64,000 nt of DNA, taken from the NCBI RefSeq assembly GCF_001194135.2, contig NC_068993.1, positions 10,452,231-10,516,230 on the forward strand. Reading direction: 5' to 3'. Below, in pieces: positions 15,273-28,814 of this stretch. Positions within the stretch are counted from its first letter, which is position 1. Each line of letters starts with the position of its first letter. The stretch is from Octopus bimaculoides. Taxonomy: Eukaryota. The translations under genes were made by a program, and so were the position numbers. The notes beneath the pieces were generated by a model that saw only the letters and a list, made by a program, of their open reading frames with translations, searched no databases and was not told the origin of the DNA.

Positions 15273-15705
15273 CAGGCCTTACAACCTATTCAACTTATGA
15301 CAAATCGACTTGAGGACGATTGTTGCTCCAGCTCCTGGCAGCAATAATATATAGTCCAGTTGAAATCTTATGGGTTTAATTTCTTAGAAATTAACCTATC
15401 TACAAATGACGCCAGCTAACAAATGCTTACCCCAGGTTTGGTTTTGATCGCCACTAGTTATCCCAAGTGCTGGATGAATATCCTGTCACAGAGACATCAA
15501 GGCAAACTTGTTTTGTTTATTCGATGACTGCTTGAAGTCCGAACAAATAACACTGTTGTAGTATAATACAGAATGCTGTGTGTGACTTTTACCTGAGAAT
15601 GTACCTTAATAACGTAAAAATATAAAACAAAGCTATGTAGGCCTATAGGTCGACTTATGACCAGTCAGTTGGAACCAATTGTGGTCGTAAGTCGACAACG
15701 ACCTG
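15273..15705. mobile_element. Tigger/pogo-like non-autonomous DNA element
   Basis: Starts TA|CAGG. The right end GGTCGTAAGTCGACAACGACCTG and repeated CGACTTA(T/C)GAC subterminal motifs are typical of Tigger-like elements. The left TIR is degenerate. Confidence 0.5.
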
Positions 15706-16124
15706 TTTAGCACTGGTAATATCTGTAATAACTATGTTATGAACGTCTCTAGGTATTTATACTTGGAAAATTTCTGAGGTATGCAGTGAATTAGTGTGTA
15801 AATAGTTGAGTATTCCACATGCAAGCATACCAGCAACATAATCTGCAACCACACTCGGTGTGACCCATTGTGCGACACAGCTTAACCTTTGGATTATAAG
15901 GTAAAACCCACCTACTGGGCGGCTGTACAGTTTTGTCTACCCAATTTCAATCACAAGGATGAAGTTGAATGAAGGCTACGGTAAAAGACTCTTATCTAAA
16001 ATACCACACAGTGAGATTGAACCTGGAACCTCAAAACTTAAGTGAACTTCTTAAATATTACACTATACTGTGGTACATGTGTGTAGCAGTATATTTATGC
16101 TTCATTATTTTACATTGTTTAAGG

Positions 16125-16340
16125 CAGTGAGTGGGCAGAATTGTTAACATGTCAGATAAAATGCTTGGCACCATTTTGCCTGTCTTAATGTTCTGAGTTC
16201 AAATTCCACCAAAGTCGACTTTGCCTTTCATTCTTTCAGGGTCAATGAAATAAGTACCAGTTGCGCACTGGGGTCGATGTAATTGACTTGCCCCTCACTC
16301 AAAAATTTCAGGCCTTGTGCCTATAATAGAAAGGATTATT
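16125..16340 (+). mobile_element. SINE family B
   Basis: GCAGTGAG.GGCAGAAT...TTCTGAGTTCAAATTCC...GTCGACTTTGCCTTTCAT...AAGTACCAG...GGGGTCGATGTAAT. Confidence 0.8.
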
Positions 16341-16374
16341 TTACATTGAACATTGCTTGCCATGCTTACACATG

Positions 16375-16745
16375 ACTCTTCAACGATACATCATGTCATC
16401 ACTTGTGGTCCTTTGTCATCTACTTAGTGAAATCTCATGAGAAAAGCCTTCACCACTTTTTCCCATATTTTCCGTTGTTGCAGTTTTTATCTCCCACCTA
16501 GACTATGTGGCACTTCTTTCTACTCAATAGTCCTCCTCCATACATATAACATATCTATCTCAACCACGCCACCCTGCAAGCGTTTATACATCCTCTGTAG
16601 TTAACATGCATGTTTTACAACTATGCAACATTACACTTTATACTCAAGCATCATACAATCTGCTCTTCAGAGAAAGAATCCCTTTGTTGCCAATGGAGAT
16701 AATAGCTGCTGGAACTTTTCCCACCCTGTTCTTTTTTTGGCTACA
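16375..16745 (-). mobile_element. RTE-clade LINE 3' fragment
   Basis: Degenerate RTGWEKFQQLLSPLATKG... (cf. RIGW.KFRELLPLL.TKG.SL in RTE elements), with many stops. Confidence 0.6.
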
Positions 16746-17030
16746 ATGTTTTTGGAATACCCACCTCCACCAATAATTAGGTCTCTTAGATAATAACAAA
16801 AGCTATCGACTACTTTTACGTAGCCTCCCAAGCATTTGAAAGAATTAAATTCTCGAGTGAACTTACTACTAACTACTTCTGTGCATCACTACATACAAAG
16901 TTTTTTTCTTCTGTTAGCCTGCTTGGGATTACACTGCAACTCTCATGCACTAATCGTTAACACTGGATACACTGCACGAAATTCCAGCATATTCCTTTCC
17001 TATATATATATATATATATATATATATTCT

Positions 17031-17428
17031 TTTACTCTTTTACTTGTTTCAGTCATTTGACTGCGGCCATGCTGCAGCACCGCCTTTAGTCGAGCAAATC
17101 GACCCCAGGACTTATTCTTTGGAAGCCTAGTACTTATTCTATCGGTCTCTTTTGCCGAACCGCTAAGTTACGGGGACGTAAACACACCACCATCAGTTGT
17201 CAAGCGATGTTGGGGGACAAACACAGACACAAACATACACACACACACACGCATATATATATATATGACGGGCTTCTTTCAGTTTCCGTCTACCAAATCC
17301 ACTCACAAGGCTTTGGTTGATCCGAGGCTATAGTAGAAGACACATGCCCAAGGTGCCACGCAGTGGGACTGAACCTGGAACCATGTGGTTGGTAAACAAG
17401 CTACTTACCACACAGCCACTCCTGCGCC

Positions 17429-17429
<1 letters not shown>
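17031..17429 (-). mobile_element. SINE family A, young copy
   Basis: Nearly identical to 53136-53481, retains most CpGs, and is flanked by (TA)n. Confidence 0.9.
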
Positions 17430-17462
<33 letters not shown>

Positions 17463-17529
17463 TGAACAGCATGGCCACTCTTAAGATAACAACATAGTCC
17501 AGTCTTAATCTTCTTACTTGCTAAATAAA

Positions 17530-17690
17530 TCTTTTAGCTTTGCTAGGGTTACTCTGAAGCCTTTCAATTCTAGGTTTTCCTTCAACAATTCAGAATTTCT
17601 TCTCAAATCTTCAACGGATTCAGCTTCAGTAACTAGGCCATTGTCTTACAGTAGTTCCCAAGACAACCAGTCTTAAAACTCATCTGCTAG
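17530..17690 (-). mobile_element. RTE reverse-transcriptase fragment
   Basis: AESVEDLRRNSELLKENLELKGFRVTLAK, the region just after the YADD motif. Confidence 0.6.
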
Positions 17691-19960
17691 GACACCTACC
17701 TACACATGAAATTCCTCACTGAACTCATAGCTTACCGTTCACAGCTTGCACATATTTCGTAAGTAATTTATCTTACACAGTTAGCTGAGCAACTACCAGA
17801 CTACAGAGAGTGGTGCTATCAAACTAATCTATGTAGTTAGTTATATATATTCATATATATATTTATGTTTTCATATATCTGCCTGTAATTTTTATATTAC
17901 ACTTTCATATTTATATCTGTATGCTTGTCTATTTGTACAATACTATACTGTAATATTTATGTCAGTGTTGTCCTTGAGGCAGATAAGTGACCCATTATTG
18001 TAGTTGCTATTGCAAAACACATCTAATGGTTTACATAATTTCTATAAAAACCTGAAATACCACCATTTACACGGCCTAAGAGATCTCATGACTAAATATG
18101 ATAACTGCCAAATGAATTCTTCACAGGATGGCAGTGAATGGTGAAGGTCTGAGTAAAAAGACTAAATGATAAAGGGAAATCCAAGTGTGCACACCATGTG
18201 CATGCGTGCGCGCGTGTGTGTGTGTATGTATGGTGTAGAATATAAGTTAATTGGAATCACCATATTGGCATTTTGAACAAACATTTACCACAAAATGCTG
18301 CCTTACAACAAACACTATGACAGACAGAATTATAAAACTAACAGCCATGGGTGAATGTTCTCTAAGATGACTAGAATGGTTATTTATCACTGATTAAAAA
18401 AACTATATTTGGTCGGACAGAATAGAAGGGTGGGGTAGTAGTGGTGGTGTGTTGGAGGGAGATAAAAAAACACAACAATCCAAAATATATATATATAATA
18501 GGTTAAAAGCAAAAAAAAAAAAATTTTGTTCAGATTTACTCACCTAATCTAAAGAATAAATAAATAAATAATTTCCTTCATTCATTAATCAGTCATCACA
18601 CACATCATGAAAACTAAAACTATAGAGCCAGCTCGCTTTCAGGGAGAGAGAGAGGGAGAGAGAGAGAGAGAGAGACAAGAGCAAAACCAGACAAAAGCGC
18701 CTTTTGTGATTATATAAACATAAATGCACACAATCACATGGCCGCATATAGTTAGAGTGTTTGCTATGTTCAATATTAACTTGAGAGCAGGGAGGGGCTC
18801 TCCTTCACCTAGCACAGCAGGAGTTTATTTTTTATTTGCTTGTTTCTCTCCCTTTGTTTGCTCTTTTACTGTTTTCCTTCACAGGCGTTGAATTGGCAGC
18901 AATGTAGTGAGCTGACCAAAGTAACATGATACTTTTTTCCAGCCCCTTTCTTTCTGAGTTCAGATCTTACCAAGCTCAACTTTGCTTTTTATCCTTCTAG
19001 GATCAATAAAGTATCAGTCTCGGGCAGTGAACTATAGTAGGACTGCAAGGATCAGACAGAACGCCTTGCAGAATTTACCATCATGGTCTACTTGAGTCAT
19101 AGATCTAATCCTTCGTCTGGTTTAACAGACCCACCTATACCTTACGTGCCTTTATTGAAGTCCCCTCTATTTCAAGCATTTGGACCAGGTTTCTCGTTTG
19201 GGTATACCTTAACCCCTTCTTCTCATCAGTTTTGGGGACCAAGAAGATTCACAGGTACTGCCTTCCTTCTAAATAAGCATATGAATCTACAACCATAATG
19301 GGGTATTACCAACGAAGGCTTTTAGTCCAGCATATCAACCCCAGTACTTATTTTATTACACTCTAATGAAAAGCAAAATTACCTTTCAACATAATCTGTA
19401 ACTTGATGCAGGCTCCTCTAAAGTTTCCGCCTATCAAATTCCATTCAAAAAGCAATTAATCCTTTCTCTTTCCCTTATAATTATCTAAGTGTAGTGAATT
19501 TAAGTAGTCATTGCACGTCTATCTGACTGAGCCAACTGTTATCCATCGGGCAGACTTTATGACCAAGGTAGTCTCTGGCACACGAATAGTGCAAAACAGT
19601 TGTCATAGATCTGAACACTTGTCAATATTAGTTCTTTGCCACTGTTTTTGTAAGTATTGACTTCACAAATGACAAAATGAATTTTGAAATCTTGTAACTA
19701 GCGAAACACAAAAGTATAGATTTAATGAATTCAGCTGACTGTAGAAGGAAGGAATGGTGGGAGGTGTTAGGAAAACTTTCAAGTTCTTCATTTCCACACA
19801 CACACACTCTCTCCCCTCTCACATATTTTCTCTTCCTTTCATTCACATGCTCATTCTCTCATACATGCTATTGCTCTCACTCTCTCTCTTTCAAGCATAT
19901 GTTTTCTGTCATGCATATTCTCTTTCTTTCAAACATACATATTCTCTCTCTCTTGTACAT

Positions 19961-19993
<33 letters not shown>

Positions 19994-22900
19994 TACACAC
20001 ACACTAGTGTATATCTGTATTTTGGAGGGTTCATTGCTTTCAGCACCAATCAACGTAAATAACCAGTCAAGTGCAGTAGAAACTAACTGTTCACTCTTGA
20101 TATAAATGCTTAGTGGCAAGAAGAAATGATAAAAAGCAATCTATATGAGCTTATGACAGGCTTAAATGAGCTGGAGTTTAGTGCACTAAATATGACAAGT
20201 ATTTTACAGACCTTCATCAAGGTTGGTGGTACACACACACACACACAAACACATAGTTTACAGAGAAAGTAAAAAGTCTGCAAAATGGAATAAATTATTT
20301 TGTTGAGAGGAAGAGGATGAGCATAGTGTTTTGAGCAAGGTGCTGCAATACAGAAAAAGAGCACTTGTATTTTGATAGAATATATGGGACAAGTAAAGCC
20401 TCATGCATGCCGCACACTTGTGAATTCCTTTGCAACCAACTGAATATTAAATTGGACACAGTGACATGTGTAACCACCAATACTCAGCTTAAGTATTTAT
20501 TTAGAGGTGAGAGAGAGAGAAAGAGGCATATTCTACTTCAAAAAATTCTATCATATATTTTGAGGTGGTTGTGTGATGTATCTGGGCATGATGTGTGTGT
20601 GTGTGTGTGTGCGAGAGAGAAAATTCATTATAATTAAGGATGTATAATAAATATTTGAGACACAGACACCCATATGGTTATTTTTAGTAATTTGTGTCAT
20701 GAAATTTAACTTGCCAAACAGTTAAGTCACATAGAAACGTGTGCCTTATCCTTCACAGGAAGCAAGAATTAAATAAGTGACTAACTGAAGTCTGTAAACT
20801 CCAATTACTGACTAAAACACAGTATAAAAACATCCGTTTATTTTTTGGCTGAAAAATCCTGTGAGAAACTTAACTAGACTGATAAACAAAAACAATAAAT
20901 GGAGCCAATGAAAGTTTTTATTTTTTGTGTCACCTCTCCCTTGGCTATATTTATATAACCATACATATCGGAAAAGAGGTCTATAACCACTCCAGCTGTC
21001 AGTTTTAACTTGCTCATTTTATTGGCCTTAATTTTCTATTTCCATGGCTACAACAGGCATGAATCAAGCATATCAAACGAGCATGCACATACATGCACTG
21101 TTATTACTCTTCACGGACAGAAATATACACGTCAATTATTGATTAGTTTTATCAAATTGACAACAATAAAGGAAGATAAGAGACTAAAGACAGAAAAAAA
21201 AAAATCTATTTTTCAAGCTGAGTCTTAAGCTGTTCTTTATTTTCTTCTTCAGAAAGTTACTTTTTCAGTCTATCAGGAAATAAGAATGGACTGTGGATTA
21301 AATAAACCAGTCTAATTGTATATTTCCATTTTTATAGCGCTTTCATAATTTCTTTCAATAATTAGCCAATATTTTATTTCAGGTTTCTTTAACTTCTGCG
21401 TTCACCACCATTAACAATTACACTTGTCTTGACCGAGTTATGCAACAAAGAATCACAATCCTTTGATGTTCAGTTTTCCTATGCTTGCAATGGGTGTCAG
21501 ATGGAAATTTGAGACAGATTTTCTATGGAAAGGGAGTGGGGGGAAGATGCCTTTCCTGTCACCGAACATCTGTTTCCAAAAGCAAGGTAGTATTTTCACA
21601 GAAGACTGGAATCGAACAACACCACTTGTATGACGATGCTCATTTACACCTTCACCATTATGTCTAGGTGAGAGTACATACAAACATCATCATCCTTTAT
21701 GGTCAGGTTTTCATGCTGGCATGTGTTGGACCACACAACAGGCTTCTTTCATTTTCTGTTAACTAAATCCACTCACAATGCTTTGGCCAGCTTGGAGTTA
21801 TAGTAAAGAAAATACCTGCGAAAGGTACCATGCAGTGGGACTGAACCCAAGACCATGTGATTAAGATGTTTCTTAATAGAGAAAAGAATGATGTAATAAT
21901 TTTAGATGAATACAAGCTTTAATAAACAGACACAAATATTGCATCTTATTTCACTTCAAATAAAGAGCAGAATTCATATTGTTTCTTTATTGATCTAGTA
22001 CTGAAATATAATAGGGACCAGCAGAGACAATGGAGGTTGAGAAACTGGTTTGTTGACCATCTAGTCACAAGTTCAAACTTTAATAAAACTACCTTACGTG
22101 AGGAAAAGCATTTCATTTTGTCCAACTTAAAACGGGTAAGTGGCAAGTGATTTGAAATATTAGTCAACAGTACAAGCAACACATTCCAATATCGCACAAT
22201 ATTATATAATTAATAACCAGAGGAAATGGATGCAGTTACATTGACTAAATATGATTGTAAGAGAGCTATTTGTTATTCTGGGAAAGAGATGAAGTAAAGC
22301 TAATTTTGTTGCTAGCAAGCTAATGTAACTGCTAATCTGAATACATAGCAACAACTTAGTTCATAGATCAAGAGAAATTATCAACACCATATATAATTGC
22401 CTATTCATTAAAATATCTATTATTGATAAGAAGAAAGAAAGAAATGTAGAACAACCTGAACTAGTTCTTTTTCTTTTATCCTAAAACCTTCCTCCATTCA
22501 AAACAAATTCAAAAGATGACCAATTTGTTGATCATGTTTGGCACTAAGTAAACTCTGATCACACAGGCTTATGATGAAAGGTATTCCAACCATGACCATC
22601 ATCCAAATTCTTTTAGTTGTTTCAGTCATCTGATTGCGGCCATGCTAGAGCACTGCCTTAAAGAGGTTTTTTAGTCAAAGAAATTGTCCCTGAAGCGAAT
22701 GGCTTTGTCTGTGATAGAGGCCTTCTGGGATTAGAGGCTGTTTGATGGCAACCCAATCACAGGTTCTTAGATATTCTGAGAAAGTTACTAGAAAACAGAA
22801 GAGACAAACATTTCGACCAGCAGAAATCTATTTTATCTGCTTATTGCTACAGAAACTGAAGTTAAAAAACCAATACTATGAACTTACATGAATACGTCAA

Positions 22901-23026
22901 ACAGTTTTCCTAAAACATACTATGGCTATGTCTTCAAGAAGATTGTAATAAATGTCCTATGAATTTATAGTAAAATATTTTAACTAACAGATATTAATGA
23001 GTTTTGGAAAAGTACAGTAAATAAAT

Positions 23027-23342
23027 GTGGAGGTGCAATGACCCAGTGGTTAGGGCAGTGGACTCGCGGTCGGAGGATCGCGGTTTCGATTCCCAGATCA
23101 GGCGTTGTGTGTGTTTATTGAGCAAAAACACCTAAAGCTCCACGAGGCTCCGGCAGGGTGGTGGTGGCGACCCCTGTTGTACTCTTTCGCCCCAACTTTC
23201 TCTCACTCTTTCTTCCTGTTTCTTGAGTAACACTGCGATGGACTGGCGTCCTGTCCAGCTGGGGGGAACACATACGCTATAGAAACCGGGAAACCGGGAC
23301 CATGAGCCTGACTAGGCTTGAAAAGGGTGCATAAATAAAAAA
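23027..23342 (+). mobile_element. tRNA-derived SINE (family C), full length, with a V-domain-like motif
   Basis: Box A (TGACCCAGTGG) and box B (GGTTTCGATTCCC), GCGATGGACTGGCGTCCTGTCCAG motif, A-rich tail, and a 13-bp target-site duplication ACAGTAAATAAAT (23014-23026, 23343-23355). Confidence 0.85.
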
Positions 23343-24140
23343 ACAGTAAATAAATCACACAACTGAATACATTTTACCAAAATATATCTTTAAAAAAATT
23401 ATCAAAGCGTTAACACAAGAAAATATACCAAGTCAAACAGCAACCAACACAAGAACTTATAGGTGAACGTCATGTCTGCTGTACTGGCCATATTGTCTTA
23501 GTTAACTGTAGCTTATCAGAATAAGTACTAAAATGATTTAGATAAAATCCCAAAAGACATGGCCTGTCTTGTCACTTTTCAAAAGAGGATCTACAAAACT
23601 GAAATGCCATCTGGAAAAAAAAAACCAAAAAAAAAAAACAAACAAACTATTGCTTCAGAGCAAAGAATATGAATTGGAGACACCCATTTGCCTAAACAGA
23701 ATCCCCAAAGACGAACCAAGTCTTTTGGGAGTTTACCTAAAATACTTTTGTTAGGTGGTATTTAATCTAAGCTTATACTTGGATAAGCTACATTTAACTA
23801 AAAGAATGTGACCAGTAAATCAGAGAGTACATTCATTCAGTTGGAATTGTGAAAACGAACTGATGGCAGAAATCTCAGGAAGCCCCAGGAGAGAGAGTAG
23901 GAATTGCCATTAGAAGAAGATTCTCCAGAAGATAATACTGATTACATAGACCTACTTCATGCTAACATGAAAAAGTGGATGTTAAAATTAAAAATGACAT
24001 TGCTGTCAATGATGATGTTGCTAAAGTTTATTAGTTCAAAAATTTTTGCAATTAACTTTCTTTTTATTCAAGATTTCCTTGAAGATGTTTGATTTGGGGA
24101 CATACAACAATAGAAAGTTAATTTAAAAAAAAATACTTAC

Positions 24141-24252
24141 TTTAATATCATTATTTTCCTTATCAATGTAGGTAAGGCCAAAGTAATCCTTTTCAAGAAG
24201 ATTCAAATGATCACATACTTTACTAAACAATTCCTGGCCTGAAGCGTTTTTC
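24141..24252 (-). CDS. cora: Coding exon of protein 4.1/Coracle (EPB41 family), FERM F1 lobe: [37 protein letters not shown]
   Basis: Minus strand: polypyrimidine ...TTCTTCTTCAG| acceptor and AAA|GTAAGT donor. The translation closely matches the EPB41/EPB41L1-3 motif [22 protein letters not shown]. The exon is 112 nt, with one base before the first full codon. The symbol is assigned by family similarity (invertebrate EPB41 orthologue), not by a search. Confidence 0.93.
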
Positions 24253-25542
24253 TGAAGAAGAAAAAAAAAAACAAAAAAAAAACAAATAAATTAATAAATT
24301 CAAAGCAAAAATATTATTAAAAAGATCTAAACAATATACACAAAAGATTATATTTATAAAAGAATAAGATTTATATTTATAAAGAACTGGTGATGTTGCT
24401 ATGTAAAACGCATCCAGTACACTCTATAAAGTGGTTGGCATTGGGAAGGGCATCCAGCTGTAGAAATCATACTACCTAATGCAGCTCCTGTCAAACTGTC
24501 CAACCCATGCCAGCATGGAAAACGGATGTTATACGGTGATGATGAAAGATACCCCAATTGGTGTTAGATGTTCACATCAGTCATCACACACAATATCATA
24601 CTTGCAAAACCAAAGCTGTGGATCCAATGGTAATTTTTAGTAAAAAGATCAAAGACTAGTTTGTTGTCAAAGTCTCCAAGATCACAGGTAAAATAAAACT
24701 GAGCACTGTAAGCAAACATGGCATTTGTGGTGTTCTTGCTTTTCATGCCTCATATATATATCCACTCATTGTATCCTATTTACAATGTGTTGGACTGTAA
24801 CAGTGAGAGTTAAGTGACTTGATTAAGGACGTAGAGCTGTGACAGTGACAAGAAAAGAACCAGTTGCACTTAAGTTGGCATTCTTGTCACTATTCACTTG
24901 CCAGCTGTGTCACTAGAATTCATTGACCTTTTTTTTATTTATATGTATGAGGGGTGGAAAAAAATAAATAAAAGAAAAAAAAGCCCCAATATGCATAGTC
25001 AACTGGACTTAATTGGTGTTTCTCTGTTACTAAAACAGTAGGGGACTGCATTTATGACTAATGTTGAAAACAATGTAAGATAGACAAAATAGCATTGAGA
25101 TTAAGAAAACTATTAGCAGAAACTAGAATAATAGTTATTAAGTCATTAAATTGTTTTGCTGATCTGATTGCACAGACAAATAATACTTAAGACAGATGAA
25201 TAACCAGACAGACAGATAACCAGTTCTACTGTACAGAAAGTGGTACCCGAGAAAATTAGAAGTTACAATAAGAGCGATAAATGAATTTCTCAACATCCAA
25301 CTCACCAGTGAAAATTTCACTAAACTACAGACATGTAAGTAAAGCATGCAAAGCATGCTACTTTGCATGTCTGACTGAATATAAATACTATTTCAATTTT
25401 ATAGTTGAACAGTTAATAGAAAGCACAATGAATTAGCAAAACTTAAATGGCACCAACAGTTTATGTGGAAATAGTTAAAATATATGAAAAAGATGCCACT
25501 GGGCACCCAGAGAAAGGATTAGAAAAATAAAGTAATTAAATC

Positions 25543-25880
25543 CAAAAGAGACCGATAGAATAAATACTAGGCTTACAAAGAATAAGACCTGGGGTCGATT
25601 TGCTTGACTAAAAGGTGGTGCTCCAGTGTGGCCGCAGTCAAATGACTAAAAAGGGAAAGAATAGAAAGAATAAGTCTTTTACTCTTTTACCCGTTTCAGT
25701 CGTTTGACTGTGGCTATGCTGGAGCACCACCTTAAGTGGTTTTTTACTCAAGGAAATTGACTTCAGGACTTATTCTATTGGTCTCTTTTGCTGAACTGCT
25801 AAATTACAGGGATGTAAACACACCAACATCAGTTGTCAAGCAACGGTGGGTGGACAAACATAGACACAAAGACACTCACA
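25543..25880. mobile_element. Two SINE family A 3' halves, tail to tail
   Basis: A + strand tail at 25543-~25670 is followed immediately by a - strand tail at ~25676-25880. Confidence 0.75.
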
Positions 25881-26384
25881 CAACCATGCCTGTGCCTATA
25901 TAGGGAACAAGATATTAAATTAGGTCTTTTTTTTTATTATTTATATAATTAGATTTACAATAAGAAATTGTTCTACTTGCAAGTATGTAATGAAGATTAC
26001 AGACTCACAACAAAAAGTTTTTAACAGCCAGCTCTCTGTTGGAAACTATACAAAAATCTTTAAGCCTAGGTTAGTAATCTTGGGTAGTATACACATACAT
26101 TTATTGTGCCTACATGTTTCTGGTATAAGCACACAGAGAACATCCATTTATACACATGTGCAAAATTGTGTACCTTAGGGAGGCAAATAGTAACTAAGGA
26201 ATTGAAATTATAATTAATGTTTTTCTTAATGAACTCATTAATGATTCATTAGTTTTCAATCTGTTTCAGGTGCTTTGTTGTGTCCCCTAATTAAAAAAAA
26301 TTCTACACTGCTTCAGTTTATTCAGCTGGAAAATAACATTTTCATAGAAAGAACTACCTATAATAAATTAGGGTAATTGGTAAA

Positions 26385-26718
26385 TACCCAGTTTGGTCAT
26401 GAATGACCATGGGATTGCAACTAGAAAGTTACTCTACTGAGGCACAAGTCTGGGCAAGGTTGTTCATGGAAGACCAGCAGTTGCCCATACATACCAGCCT
26501 CCCCTCTTCATGCCACTGATGTTATCCAAAGGAAAGGCAAAAACCTAAACAACTTGGCGTCGGTGATTTTGCAACTCATTTCTACAGCTGAGTGAACTGA
26601 AGCAATGTGAAATAAAGTGTCTTATTGAAGAACCCAACACGCAGCCCAGTCAAGGAATCGAACTCACTACCTTATGAATGTGAGTATGACACTCTAACCA
26701 TTGAGCCATGCGTCTTCA
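26385..26718 (-). mobile_element. tRNA-derived SINE (family E)
   Basis: The minus strand begins GTGAAGACGCATGGCTCAATGGTTAGAG...GAGTTCGATTCC (boxes A/B), followed by a ...GACACTTTATTTCAC...CACTCAGCTGTAGAAATG core. Confidence 0.75.
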
Positions 26719-26749
26719 CATAATAAATTATTGCTCTATTAGGCACATA

Positions 26750-27104
26750 AGATGCACCATTTTGAGCGTGGCTGTTGCCAGTACCACCTGACTGGCCTCC
26801 GTAGGATTTTCGAGCGAGATTGTTGCCAGTGCCCCTAGACTGGCTTGTGCGGGTGGCACATAAAAGACACCATTTCGAGCGTGGCCGTTGCCAGTATCGC
26901 CTGACTGGCCTTCGTGCAGGTGACACGTAAAAGCACCTACTACACTCTCTGAGTGGTTGGCGTTAGGAAGGGCATCCAGCTGTAGAAACTCTGCCAAATT
27001 TAGATTGGAGCCTGGTGTTGCCATCCGGTTTCACCAGTCCTCAGTCAAGTCGTCCAACCCATGCTAGCATGAAAAGCGGACGTTAAACGATGATGATGAT
27101 GATG
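26750..27104 (+). mobile_element. (GAT)n-tailed retroposon (family D; RTE-like tail) with internal tandem units
   Basis: Repeated GAGCG.GG.(T/C)GTTGCCAGT...GACTGGC units, then GGCGTTAGGAAGGGCATCCAGC...AGCGGACGTTAAACGATGATGAT. Related copies at ~9084-9248, 12255-12550, 24388-24545 and 29465-29726. Confidence 0.75.
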
Positions 27105-27233
27105 ATTGCTTCCTCATCTACTTAACATTATTGAAACTAGAGTTAAACATTTGTGTTGTGGCTGTGACAACAACATTATTCTATGTACCATACACTTCAT
27201 CTCAAGTACCTATACTTCAAGAAGAAACTTTAA

Positions 27234-27381
27234 CCCTTTAGTGTTCAGATTACTCTGTCAAATGTAATACTTATTTTTAGAATGATATTGCAGGGTAGGA
27301 GTGGGAGGCTGGATCTGACCAGTTTTAATATAAATCAAGTTAAATATTTCAGCTGGATAGGTCGGTTTAAATGCTAAAGGG
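27234..27381. mobile_element. piggyBac-type MITE
   Basis: TTAA|CCCTTTAG ... CTAAAGGG|TTAA: 8-bp perfect TIR with TTAA on both sides. Confidence 0.75.
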
Positions 27382-28256
27382 TTAATAATTACATACCCCT
27401 CCATTTTCACAAGAAAACAAAAATGGGGATCAATTTTTTTTATAAACACAGGTTGTTATTTAGCCCCGAGACATCCCTGACCAAGATCTTTAATCAAAGG
27501 TATTTTAGACACGATCATCCAGTCTTTTTTTTTTTAATGTTTTTCTTCCTCCCAGACACAGTGTCACTAATACAATATAAAAAATTTATTGTATTTTTGA
27601 ATGAACAGGGTGTGACTAAGATTTAACTGGTATTTCAGGTACATTGATGGACCATCCAAAGGCTTTTCACATAAGCAACTTGAATACAACTGCATTTTAA
27701 AAAAAAAACTTTTAAAAGAATTTTTACAAATATATTTGATTGTTATAGAAATAAACGACATGCCGACAAATTATCAGAGAAGGCATTTGACAACTTTCTT
27801 GTGTTCTGAATATAAAAATTGACATGGCATTTATATTCTGGCATTTAAAACAACAATCATTGAAACTTAATAATAAAAACTGCCCAAAAACCTGACATCA
27901 AATCATATGTTAATTGTAAAGTTTGAGGCAGGGAGATACTCTACACTGTCATAAACTGGGAATTCTGAGATTGTTTCACTTGCCCAATGTAGCAGCCAAA
28001 TTTCCTTCAATAAACTTCCTACTCGAAGCTACTTAAATAATTCTACAACATCAGATCAAAAAGTTTTATAAGACATTCTTATAAGTTACACCCTGTGATT
28101 TGTGTATTTATTTTCATATCCCATTCAGTCATGTGTAACCTCATGTATTCTCATCCAAAATGGAGACAAGCACCAACACTTCCATGAGGCACGCTTGAAC
28201 AGTTGTGAAGATCACTTCACATAAAATCATCAGTTGCCTTATTAACCCACAAATAA

Positions 28257-28299
<43 letters not shown>

Positions 28300-28814
28300 G
28301 AAAAACAAATCACATTGCTCAAAATACTATTAAAAAGTTACAAAGATTCTTTCTTCTCCCATTAATCAAATCAGTAAACATACTGCTGCTCCTAACGGTG
28401 GGATATTCCACACTGATGATACACATGGGATACACCACACTCTATAAACAGCTGGGTGAACTGGTCGATACTGCAGCACCAGTGATAAAAAATAAGAGTT
28501 TAACAGGTAGATATTGTATTGATTTGGTCAGCTGTGACTCCTACTAATCCACGTACAATTCCAACACTACTCCTCATACTATGACTGTATATGGAGAAAG
28601 GAGAGACCAGCTAGCTATACCTGACTGTTGCAGCTGCCTTTACAACAGGCAACCAAATTAAACAGAGCTAACTAGATTCTTTAATTAACACAACATGCTG
28701 CTTAACAAGTCCGAATGTTTAAATATATCATATCAAAATCAACATGATATTTAGTTTCAGTTTCTTAGTTCAGTGTATTTGTGAAGTTGCTTAGCTGAAG
28801 TCCTGATTGACATT

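Noticed and set aside
23029-23100. tRNA-like sequences with A and B boxes (also ~26640-26718 and the SINE A heads)
   Set aside because: They are SINE heads (TSD, body and tail present), not tRNA genes.
26750-26930. Regularly spaced ~30-bp repeats superficially like a CRISPR array
   Set aside because: Eukaryotic context, degenerate units with related spacers, and they are internal to a family D retroposon.
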